A DNA stretch of 64,000 bases from Nageia nagi (Eukaryota; Plantae; Pinophyta), in contig JBITNC010000001.1 of assembly GCA_050084985.1 (NCBI GenBank), positions 151,280,001 to 151,344,000 on the forward strand, read 5' to 3'. Of this stretch, positions 12,249 through 24,330 are shown piece after piece. Position numbers and translations under genes: made by a program. Position 1 is the stretch's first letter, and every line of letters begins with the position of its first letter. Under the pieces are notes generated by a model. That model was not told where the DNA came from. It searched no databases and saw only the letters and a program-made list of their open reading frames with translations.

Positions 12249-14534
12249 TCCGTGTCCCAGGACTACCTGCGCTGTGACACCTTCCTACCTTTTGTCACAC
12301 AATGTATTTGGTCAGCCACATGGAGGATGTGAGAGGCTCGTTCCAATCAGGTGCTGTTGTTTGCGGTGCTATATTCTTTTTAATTTTTGAATCTAAACCA
12401 TTGAGATGGGTAAGGAATGCTTGGAAATTTGTCTAGGCTTACTTCTTCACCAGGGTTAGTGGTCAAATTTGGTGTGTTTGATGCAACAAATAGGAGAATG
12501 TAAGGCATATATTTTGGGTATGCATAAATGCTAGATTATTGCTGACCTGCATCTGGGCTGACTGTTACACCCCTTTTCATTATCCTTGTTGTGGGGTGGA
12601 GCCCTTCTTGGAGATATATGTATGATATCAAAGAACTTTAAGGCTTTTTGGGACACAATCTGCATAACTGCATTCTTCTTCTTATTGAAACAAAGTGAGG
12701 GGCCATTCTTTGGGATGGGTCCATTCACTTTACCATGGAAACACTCATTTCGGACAGAACATAGCCTTTTGAGTGAAAACTCAGCTTATTCAGATATGTG
12801 AATATTTTGAATGGGGTTAATACTAAGGCCCTTTCACTTGTAGCTTATATGCCTACAGAATCTCAATGTAAATCACTTGCATGGTGAAATGCATTGAACT
12901 CTTGTAGTAATAAAAGATGCATTTCGTCAATCAAAATTAAAACATGATTCCTTGTCTGTTCCAAAACTAAAACATGAATTGTGGTGTGGCTGCCATGTGT
13001 AGTATAACAAACTGCATACCAAAAAAAAGAAATAACAAACATTCTCAGATTTATAAACAGGATATATATTTTACAGGTGATGAGTATTGGAGTGATGTAA
13101 TTAACGAGTATTAATGTATAGAATGTGTAATGTCTTGAATAAATATCAGCATTATAAATAATCTCTTTTGTGTTTATTATGTATTTGTCGGTCTCTTGGA
13201 AAGGGATGTTGACCCTTGAGAGGAGAAATAAGTTTCTTGTCATGTTTTGTCTTATGTTTGCTAAATATCTTCTTAAGTGGAGTTAGTGATGTGTTAATAG
13301 GTGTTCTAATATAAAGTTAGCTGTCTTTGTGGGTCACAACATCAATTAAGTTATCTTATTGTGAGATTTAATCCTAACCTTTGGATTATATGTTTTGATA
13401 AGATCTAATCGCATCCATTCATCAATATCAAGGGCCAAGATCTAATCTCTCATTGAAGTATTTTTATAAAAAGAAAAGGAATTTCATTTTGTAACCCTAG
13501 ATTATTGCAAATATTGTGGGCATTTGGGGGAATACTGTTGTATTCTTTTGGACTTTTGTTCCGCAAGAGATTTAAGGGTTCCTTTGGATCACACCATTGA
13601 AGGCTAGAACAGCTAGCTAACTACCCAACCAAGGAGACAAATCCATCTAGAGTTTGTATTTTTGCTTCATTGAGATCAAATTTCAGATTCAACTTTTGAG
13701 GGTGAAAACCCTAGTTTGAGTCAGTAGTGAATTTTGGAGGAACAAAAGCGGATTTCAGGGTGTTTTGTGATCAACATTCAGTTTGAATGGTTTGCCCAAT
13801 TTTTGGGACAGTTTGGGAGCATTTTTTCCGAGGGTTTTTGTGCCCTAGGTGGGACATCCAGCCCTAGGGACCTGTTCAGGAATTTTTGATGCATTTTCTG
13901 GATACCCTTTTGGCTTAAATTACCAGATCTACTTTCAGAAGAATTATTGGAAATTATTTGCTATGTTTGTGAATATTCTGTGGTTAAAAATACAAAAAAA
14001 ATTAGGTTACTGTGTTGCTGTTCTACTGTTATTTTCTTCTGCTTTCTGTGTGTATTTAGCTGGTATATTTCAGCATGGCAAGAAGATAGGGATACATCCG
14101 TTCAATGAACCATGATAACTGATCCTTTGAATTAGATACTTCACCAAATCTTCCTTGTTCCCATCCCCAGGAGAGAAGAAAGAAAATTTATTAATGTCCA
14201 TGAGTGACCAAAATTGGTCAATGGGATTAGAGGAAATTTTAACCTGATTCAAGGCACTACAGAAACACAAAGATGAAAATCATTGATTTTTCACATGGTG
14301 CAAATTTTGAGTGATCAAGTATATAAAACAGGTGTTTCAAATCTTAAGCTTCTTTGCATGCTTGTGTTTTTAATGCTCAAGCCTCATATAAGAACTTAGA
14401 ATATCAATGTTAGAGATATGAGACATCAGAAGTGATGCACAGATTCTGATTTCTACATATGTGAAAATGTACACATTTGTATTTTACATTTAATTCTTCT
14501 TTAGTATCTTTCATTTTTGTTTCTTATGTTTCAG

Positions 14535-14638
14535 AATGATGATGAGACTGTTGCAATGATAAAAGAATTATTAGAGACACGTATACGACCAGCTGTACAG
14601 GATGATGGTGGTGATATTGAATACCGTGGTTTTGATCC
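14535..14638 (+). CDS. NFU4: NFU4-like coding exon (NifU C-terminal domain start)
   Basis: tttcag acceptor, GTATGA donor. Translates [34 protein letters not shown](P). Confidence 0.95.
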
Positions 14639-14812
14639 GTATGACTTTACTTTGTGCTTGAACTCTGGGCTACATTAGAGACATTTAATGTATTGATTAT
14701 CAAAAGCTATTTAATAACATGGTCCTCAAGCATAAAGCACAAATGCATTCCATTTCATCGTTTTCATTACCTTAAGCTGCTGTTTAAGGCATTTTTGTGT
14801 TACTTTTTCAAG

Positions 14813-14924
14813 GGAAACTGGTGTAGTCAAACTGAAGATGCAGGGGGCTTGCAGTGGCTGTCCTAGCTCCTCGCTCACGTTGAAGTCTGGCATTGAGAAC
14901 ATGCTAATGCATTATGTACCCGAG
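14813..14924 (+). CDS. NFU4: NFU4-like coding exon carrying the CxxC Fe-S ligand motif
   Basis: tttttcaag acceptor, GTAAAT donor. Translates [37 protein letters not shown] with intact GACSGCPSS. Confidence 0.95.
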
Positions 14925-16881
14925 GTAAATAATTGAGCAGATGCTCCCAATTTAAATAGTGATATCCTCTTTGATATGGAGTACGTGTTTGCAGTCACAA
15001 AATAATTGTTTTCAGACTTTATCGTCTTTAAATAAAAATATCTTGAACTCTTGCTTTCATCTTGTGAATTTCTTTGTCTTGGTCCATCAGCAAGGAAATT
15101 AATGGAAAAATACTTCTCATTACAATGTATGTTTTATTTCATTGCTATTTGTTTGATTATTTTTTTATGTTCCTCATTTGTCTCTTTGTAGATGGATGCT
15201 GTTTAATGATTTAATCCTTGGTTAGAAAGTTAAAAGTGTTTCTAACCTCTTTCTTCCTCGCCTTCCTGTCACCACTGGCTTTATTTGATTTCTCTTATTC
15301 CATATCCTTTTTCCATGAATCACTATTGTTTTACATTACCTTGGAGATAATCTCTTTGTTTCCATTCCATTCCTTCATTTTTGGCTCGTAATGTTTAAAT
15401 TCTTGAAATATTTAGTGCTTTGAGATTGCTGCAAGGAAGTTTCTTGTTAATGTAGGCTTGTCAATTTTGTTATAGGATTTTCTCATTGTTTTTTTGTTCA
15501 CCTAAGTGATCCTCATCTTTCTTTTAGTGTGTCACAGGAGTCATTTGTACTTCATCTAAGATTTCATTAACATGCTTCCAATTGTTTATTCTCACTTCTA
15601 TTTCTTGAGGGTGTTATAGAGTCTTTTTGGAGAAATATAAACCCTTCCTTTCTTTGTATTTTATTTTGTCATGGATAAATTTAATGTTTGATGTTTCTGA
15701 TTTTCCTTTTCCATTATTTTTATGTACTATTCTTGATTTTGATTGCCATCATTCAAGAATTCTTAAGGATATAACATTTATTCAGGTTGAATTCCAGACT
15801 CTTGCAATCTTCTAGTAATGTAATGTTTTTCTTGTTGATAAACATAGGATATATTTTATTTATTCCTCGATAGTGAAGATACCTTGCATTCGCATAGAGC
15901 TCATTAACGTCAAAGTAAGAAATATATATACTTTTTGGTGATTGTTTCCTGATTCACTGGAGAGTGATTGGTAGGGTGATGGGAGAACAAACAATGTTTT
16001 CACTTATGAGGGGTTCTCCATTGTAGAAAGTTGTTGCAGACAACCAATGGCTTTACAAATTAACATGACTTGATGCAAACATGGTGTCTAGATCCTGTCC
16101 TGAAGAAGGCATCATTAAAGCTCAAGAAGTGAAGGATGGCATTTTCAAGGAAATAGCTGGAGATGTCTTAGCAAACTTGATTAGGAAAGATTTGGACATG
16201 TTACATAGTTCTATTTCTAAATTTTAATTTACACTATCATCAAAGCAAAAGAGATGATGAGGGAGGTTCCTTGCCTCTGGAAACTTACATGGGAACTTGT
16301 GAGGTTAAAGCCAACGTTAAGGACAACTTGACTCAACACATCTTGGAAGTTGTATTAAAGGTGAAAACTCGGGAATGACATATATAGTGGGAAGGAAATT
16401 TGTTGGAAACATGGACTTTCAAAAGGTTACATAATGCATACAAGTGAAGAACATGAAGACAAAGAAAGGGCTTTCAAAAGATTATATATTGCATACAACG
16501 GAACAACATGAAGAAAAAAATAGGTTATACGTTAAGTGGTTGTGCAAATGAAGGGAAGGGGCATTATGAAAGACAAATGATTATATGGTACAAATGCCCA
16601 ACAACAAAAAACAAACGTGACAGAAATTAAGACCCTTCAATGGAAGGAAATATCATCATTCCTTCATTTTGTTAAATAAAAAATTACTTCATTCTTGGGA
16701 AACATGAACATGAACATGATGTAAATGTATGTTATTGAAACCCTTCCTTAGACTTGCATGCACACATGGTGGAGAGCACCAGACATGGTCATACAAGTAG
16801 ATATGTGATGCAATCTTGTAAATAGGCTTTTCAAATCAGAAGGGATATGCATATATAAAGAACTCCTGATACCATTAGGAT

Positions 16882-17218
16882 GAGGGTAAAGTGTGGCCTT
16901 TGGTGAACCTATCATATATATGTGCCATACAAAATTCAAACAGTGACATTTTTTAGTGAATTGAGCTAGGTAATGCATGGTTTTATCCAACTCGCTATGT
17001 TTGTCTAAACCAATAAGACTATAGAGGGGTAAAGTATGGCCTTTGGTGAACCTATCGTATACAAGTGTTATATAAAATTCAAACAATGACCTTATATAAA
17101 ATTCAAACAATGACCTTATATAAAATACAAACAATGACCTTTTTGAATGAATTGAGCTAGGTAATGCATGGCTTTATCCAACTTGCTATTTATTTAAAAA
17201 TCAATAAGACAATAGAGG
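16882..17218. repeat. ~143-bp tandem duplication; second copy has an internal 24-bp triplication
   Basis: gagggtaaagtgtggcctttggtgaacctatc…caataagactatagagg occurs twice; ttatataaaattcaaacaatgacc x3 at ~17068-17139. Confidence 0.9.
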
Positions 17219-18189
17219 CTTGCGAAAATAAATTCATGGGGGAACTCTGATGCAGTGGTCACCTGTTGGTGTGATTCCTTAGAGAATCCTATAATACAGA
17301 GGCAAGAAAGCATATCTTTGAAGGGATATAACCCTAGTTATTAGACTAGAACTTGGCAAGAACTTGTTTGACTTTCAACTTAACAAAGACATGGCAAACA
17401 AACGTGAAGAAAAAACATATTTTGACACAAAAAGTAGTTTTTTCAAAAAGCTTACAAGTAGTCACGATCACTCACCGATTGGGTGGTTATTACTCATTTT
17501 GAGTCATCTAATTTGGGACTCACAATTAGTCACTGATTTTTGTACTATGGATGTAATTAACCTTCTTATATGAATCACCGTAGCAAGGTTGAAATTAACC
17601 AAGGGGGGTGTTCCAATTATTTCTAACCTAGAACTGTTCCACAATTTTGGGAGTTCTTTTAAATTGTGGTCCCATGCAAAATATTATTACTGCTAAATTT
17701 GATGAAGTGATTTCATCTATCTCTTAATTTAAATTTTTTGTGAGAAGGAAAATATTGGAGAAAAAGCTTGTGATTGAGCCACTTGGCTTAAATTATTTGT
17801 AGTCGTGGCTGTGTATTTCTAGCCACCCCTTCCACTCACCCCTTAAAATTCACCTTCTAAACTATAGGGGATGAAAAAACTTAGGAGAAAATTCAACAAT
17901 TTCTCAAGTAGCAAGAAGTTTTTATGCATGAGACTACTGGCTTCCTGCATTCACTTCCTCTAGAGACCTTCATGCAACCCCTCAAACATACTTATAGAGT
18001 TACGATATCTTATTATGGATTGCAAACTCTTCTATTTCATAGAGATTAATTGTTAAAACCACTCAAAAACCATCCTAATTTTTTTTTTTAAGAGCACGAA
18101 AAGCATATCAAGGGTTATTAAGATATACAACCTTACTAGAGCTTGTATTGCTGTAGTCAACTACAGTGCTCAACCACAATGGTTGTAAG

Positions 18190-18512
18190 AGATCTCCTTA
18201 CAAAGAAATTCACATTCTTTCCTGAGAAACTTATATTGCTTTCCTTACAAAGACTACCAATAGTCTTATTGGAGGCAATTTCTGCTATCCTCCTCAACCC
18301 TTTCCTGGTTTAGAAGGAATTCATCTCTTTACAAGAATCCATCAACTATGCCCCTTACAAAGATATTATTTTGATCTTACTAGTACTCCATCCTTTACAA
18401 AGGCCATCCCAAGACCTTACCGTGATCTACTCCTTACAAAGAACCTAACTTGACCTTACTGGAGTTAGCATGCTTTACTCCTTACAAAGATCACCCCATG
18501 GTCTTACCAGAG
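18190..18512. repeat. Degenerate ~40-55 bp tandem repeats with core CCTTACAAAGA, in an old LTR-like segment
   Basis: About 7 occurrences of (C)CTTACAAAG(A), often followed by G(A/T)CCTTAC; upstream PPT-like AAGGGGGG followed by TG at ~17600. Confidence 0.65.
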
Positions 18513-19294
18513 GCTCATATCCAAAGTAAGCAATTTTTATCCTCAAGGGTTCATAATATTTAATTCTAGAATGAACATTCCTTGGGTTAACATTTGATGA
18601 AACTGTTAGCAATGAGAGTGTTTGGTTAAGGATAATCCAATCGATAAAAGGTTACTTGGGTGGTCGATTATGACCATACTATAACATTCCCTTTTTGTAA
18701 AAATTAGTTAAATTTGGAATCTTGGGGATAATCCAATCGATAAGAGGTTTCTAATTCCTTGGGATAGAATTATAAAGGTCCATTGGACCCACTTGTGAGC
18801 CCCATGAGGGACGTTTTCCTCCCTAGCTAGGATATGTTCTTTTATTTATTATTTAATGTACTTGGAGATCCCAAAGATGATTGTGGGAATCCCAAGGCTT
18901 GTATAATACTTAGCACATGGATAAACATCTATTTTCCCAACGTTGGATTTGGGAGCAGTTGTACACATGCGCTAGCCTTGGGGAGACTCCTAGGACCCCA
19001 TGTTGGCCCATGATAACCCCCTTGCACCCACGTGTGACTCCTAGACTTGTTGCACCTTGGACCCCCAGGTGGCATGCGTGGCACCCTAGGACCTCACGTT
19101 GAGCATTTATGACCCTTGGGTACCCACTTTGGGCATGCCTAACCCCTAGGCATCCATGTTGGAGATCTTGGGCCTCCAAAAGGCCAACATTGAGATTGGG
19201 GAGGTTGGGGATGACTCCTAGGTGAGATCCAGATCCAGTAAGAGCTATATAAGGCTAAGAAGCCTCATATTTGAGATAGACTTGATTATTATAT

Positions 19295-20267
19295 TGTAAT
19301 GTCCCAAAATATTTTAAATTATGTTTTGTTGTGTTTCTAGGCTTTTAAGGGGTGGGTTAGTGTGTTTTGAGAAGTTTTATTGTTAGTATAAGTGTCTAGG
19401 GAGTTGGTTATGTATTTAGAATAGTTTTGGGACAAGAAAAAAGGTATTAATTAATGTCATTGACCTGGTACACGTTTTTAGTTTGATGGTTGAGATGATA
19501 AGGCAATATTAAATGTCTCTACTAATTGTAATTGCCATTTTGGCAAAAGTAACTATTATGAGGTCAAAGTCCAATGTATTATTTAATGCTTTTGTAATTG
19601 CCATAGGAGAGGATTTGCAACTGTTATGAGGTAGAGAGGTTTAAATTAAGACTTCAAAGGCTATATAAGAGGAAGAGCTGGTCATTTGGTGAGGTTGATT
19701 TTGGTAGAGAACTTGGAAAGCTTGCATGCTCTTGGGCCTTAGTATTTTGCTAAGGATTTTTTAGATGGGTTCCCATTAGATCTGATCTAATGGAGGTTGG
19801 AGGAGAGATCTGAAGACTATTTACCCATTTGAGGATAGATCTATTCAAGGTCTGTATTTGTGCTTGCATGTTTGAAGATTCAGTGTTTTGGACACCCATT
19901 TGCACTCAAAAATAAAGGGACCGTGAGTTAAGGGCTTGGACCAATTGTTAGAGGAGAGTAGAATACAGAATTTGAAGACACAATATCCTTATACAACTAG
20001 ATCTGAAGCTGTCTGCATATAGCCAAGGTCCTGCAGTGATGTGTCTAATTGTGTAAGCAATATTTGTGTGTTCTCAAGTTTAATGAGAGATCTGTTTAGC
20101 ATACTTTGATTGCCTTTGCTTATACAAGTTGTAGTGTTCTATTGTTGTGGAGTGTTGGGTGTGATTGCCATCTATATTCAACAAAAAGCAAGTATGAAAG
20201 ACAAAAAATTCAGTCCTATTCCTATTATGTCTTAAAGTGATTGTGTATTTGCATTTGGTCTATTTCA
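19295..20267 (+). mobile_element. Solo LTR (973 bp) nested in the 5' LTR of the chromovirus
   Basis: TG...CA ends, perfect TSD TATAT (19290-19294/20268-20272); absent at the homologous site of the 3' LTR (~25010); TATA-like GGCTATATAAG ~19660. Confidence 0.93.
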
Positions 20268-21639
20268 TATATTAAAACCCTTCTCTTCGGAGCTATTAAA
20301 GACTTGGCGGTCTCAAGCTCCCTTGGGCGTGGAGCACAAGGACAATGCAGGAGGCTTAGGACACCTTTTGTCTTACACAGTTGGGGTGTAGTTCGTGCGA
20401 GTGAGGTTGCCCTACCCTGAGGCGTCCACAAGCGATCTACATCTTTGAATCCATCCGGTGGCATTTTGGAACCACACCCGATCCCTTTGTCGGGAGCTAG
20501 TTTGTGAGGGAGCCCTTCAGTGAGGCATCCACAATGCTGGTAGGAGGTGGTTGTTCTACCCAATTTTCAGTATCTGTCCTAGCACTACATGTGCCCTAGT
20601 TGGCTCCTTAGAGGCCAACGTTGAGCCCTTTGGGCCTTGTATTGTATCATTTGCTGTTTTCATCCTTAATACAACCATGGGCACTTTGGATCTCAATTAT
20701 AGTCTCATTGTCTGATGTTCATGCTCCTATATTCCCCATGTTGAGCTATTTTGCATGTTTGTACTTGTATAATGCAATGTTGGCATATTTGGATGCATTT
20801 GGCATAACATACTTGACTCTTAGTGCATGACGTTGGGCATTTAAGTAATTTTCTTGCTTATAGAGTTATCTTTGGCATTTTTGGATTATTGATGTATGTA
20901 TTTGATGACCTAGTTCAAATGTGGCATGCTTAAGGGTTGAATTGAATATTGTTTTTGGCTAATTCTTGCGTTGAGTATTTTTGGGGATATTACAATGGTA
21001 TCAGAGTTGAAGATCTTTCCGCCTGATAAAATGGAAGCCGGATCTACAGCCAAAGTGAAAAAGTCAGAATTCGAGAAGGTAGTTTTCCGCTAGCTACTCC
21101 AAAAATTTGAAGACAACAAGATCCCTTAGAAAGAAAGGGAGAAGCTCTTGTGGTATTTGGGTGAATGGCATGAGGAGAAGATGAGCAAGAAAAGAGGGGG
21201 CAGATGTGGGAGCCCAAATCTCTTCCATCGCTTAAGACTCCGCCAAAGATTGAAGTTTTGCTCCTAATCTACTAGGGAACCACCAAAGTGTTCCAAAGAG
21301 ACATCACCTTCCAACTTTATCAAGATCTTTTGGGTTACGGAGTGGTAGAGTGGAGAAAATCCAATGTTGGAGGGGAAGAGCCAGCTGTGATCCCAACGTT
21401 TGGATTTGGACCATTTGGAAGCACCAAAGACTCAGTTACTTTGTTGGATCTGAAGAAAAAGAGTGAACGAAAGTTGTCACTCAGATCGGGAGTAGCCTGT
21501 AACGCATTGGAGGCCACCACTTAGATTGTTTCGGCCAAGAAGATGAGTTCCATTGTTCGGAAAGAGGATATAGAGTGGGGTTGCATTTTTACCTAGGCCA
21601 AGGGAGGCCCTATGTTGCATTTTGAGGAAGCAAGATTGC

Positions 21640-24330
21640 AACCAACAGAGGTCCAACGCATCCTAGACATGTACCTGGACATTTTTGGAGACATGCCTAG
21701 AGGATTGCCTCCCCCAAGAGGATTCGAGCACCATTGAGTTGGAGCAGGGCCAAAATCGGTCATGATAACTCCTTACCGACATCCGAAAGTTTACAAGGAT
21801 GAGATCGAAAAAACTATGAAGGAGTTGCTTGACATGGGGCTCATATGGCCAAGCTCAAACCCCTTTACTTCTTCGATGGTGTTGGTCAAGAAGAAGGATG
21901 GGACCATGTGGATGTGTATTGACTATCGAATGCTGAACAAAAAGACCATCAAAAACAAGTATCCCATTTCTAGAGTAGATGATTTTATTGATGAATTACA
22001 TGGTGCTAGATATTTTTCAAAAATTTATTTGAGATCAGGGTATCACCAAATAAGAATGAAAGAGGAAGATATTCACAAAACTGCATTTAGATGCCCCTAT
22101 GGACATTGAGTTTCTAGTTATGCCATTTGGATTAACTACTGCACCAACCACTTTTCAATCAACCATGAATTAGGTTTTCAGGAAACAATTGAGAAAGTTT
22201 CTTTTGGTTTTCTTTGATGACATACTGGTGTATAGCAAAACATTAGAGGAGCACCTCCTATACTTGGATCACGTTTTGAGCATTTTGTAGGAACAAAAAT
22301 TCTATGTTAAACAATCCAAATATGTGTTTGGCATGACTGAAATTTTGTATTTGGGTCATGTAATCAGCCATGAGGGAGTTAGGGTGGATGAGCAGAAAAT
22401 TGCAGCAATCTGGGATTGGCTGGTGCCTACCACCTTGACACAGTTGAGAGGATTTTTGGGGCTATGCAATTACTACAGGAGGTGTGAACATGTGGTTTCT
22501 CACACATGGCTGCCCCTTTGACACAATTGACCAAGAAGAATGCATTCGTATGGGGTGAGGGAGCTCAAGAGGCTTTTGAGACTCTAAAAAAGGTTATTTG
22601 TTCCTATCCTTGTTTGACTATTCCTAGATTTTCAGATCCTTTTACTATTGAATGTGATGCATCTAAGCTTGGTATTGGGGCTATACTTATGCAAAAAGGA
22701 CAACTAATAGCATTCGAAAGTAGAAAATTCAGGAATGCAGAACAAAATTTTAGTGTGTATGACAAGGAAATGTTGGCCACCATGCATGTGTTGGAGAGGC
22801 TCAGGCAATGTCTTGTTTGTGGCCCATTCATCATCAGGAGTGACCACAATAGCCTAAAATACTTTCTTAGCCAATTATATTTGAGTGAGAAGCAACAAAG
22901 ATAGGTAAGTAAACTCCAATCCTTTGATTTTGAAACTCATTATATCAAAGGGAAAAAGAATACACCTGCTGATACATTGTCAAGGAACCCTTCTTTTTAC
23001 TCTCTCTTTTATTTCTACTGATTGGAAGACAAATATCATGGCTGAATATATCAAAGATGATTTTGCTCAAGGTATCTTAGATGGGACCCTAAAAAAAGTA
23101 GGATACACGGTTAGGGAAACGCTGATTTAAAAAATAACATAGTTTTCTTAATCCCTAACTTAAAAGTGAAGGAAAAAGTGCTCCATGCTTTGCATCATAT
23201 TCCCCTTGTAGGACATCCAGGGATCATGAAGACATATAAAGCAATAAGGGAGAGATCTGCATGGAGAGGGCTGAAACAGGATGTTTGCAGTGTCAAGAAA
23301 ATAAGGATGAACACTTTAAGCCAGCAGGATTACTTCAGCCATTGCCCATTCCACAACAAAAGTGGGAAGATATCTCCATGGATTTCATTACCGGACTCCC
23401 AAAGGTGCAAGGTAAAGATTGTATTTTTGTGGTAGTAGATAGGCTTTCCAAATTTGCACATTTCTTTGCCATTACTACCACATATACAGCAGTACAATTG
23501 GCTGATTTGTTCTTGAAAGAAATATTCAGATTATATGGTTTGTCAAAAAGAATTGTAAATGACAGGGACAACAAATTCACGAGTATGTTTTGGCAAGAAC
23601 TATTTCAGTTAAGTAGGACTAATTTGATCCCAAGCACTGGCTATCACCCACAAACTGATGCGCAAACAAAAATTGTGAACAAATGGATAGAAGGGTACTT
23701 GAGGTACTATGTAACAAGGCAACAACAAACGTGGGTAAAATGGCTCCACATTGGGGAGTATTATTACAATTCTATGCATCAATTGTCTATAGGAATGTCT
23801 CTTTAAAAAGCTTTGTATGGTTATGATGCTCCTAACTTCATAGATTTGGTTTTTGATGAAGGGAAAGCCCTAAAAGCTAATGATTTTTTGCAGGAAAACC
23901 AAGACATTATGAAGGCTCTAAAGGAGAATTTGCATATGGCCCAAAATCGTCAAAAGAAGTATGCTGATCAAAGGAGGACTGATAGGACCTTTGAAGTAGG
24001 AGAGATGGTGTACTTAAGATTCTTTGGCCCATACAAACTTTTGTGGAAGATTGGAGAAACTGCATATGAGCTGAAGCTGCCCAAAGAAAGCAAGATTCAC
24101 AACCCTTTCCATGTGTCACTCTTGAAGAAGGCCATGGGACAACAAGACACATCATCCACCACACTCCCACCGCTTGATGAAGAGGGACGATTGGTTTTGA
24201 TTCCAAAAAAGGTGTTGGAGACTCGGATGAACAAGTTTATGTCAAGGTAGATTTGGGAGTATTTGATTAAGTGGAAGGACTTACCTGATGAAGACTCCAT
24301 ATGGGAAGGGGCTGAGATACTAGCACATCC
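21640..24330 (+). pseudogene. Disrupted gypsy pol (RT-RNaseH-integrase-chromodomain)
   Basis: [93 protein letters not shown]; several stops and frameshifts. Confidence 0.93.

Noticed and set aside
13200-14270. LTR-PBS-gag start of another gypsy element
   Set aside because: Too degenerate; no verifiable PBS or termini.
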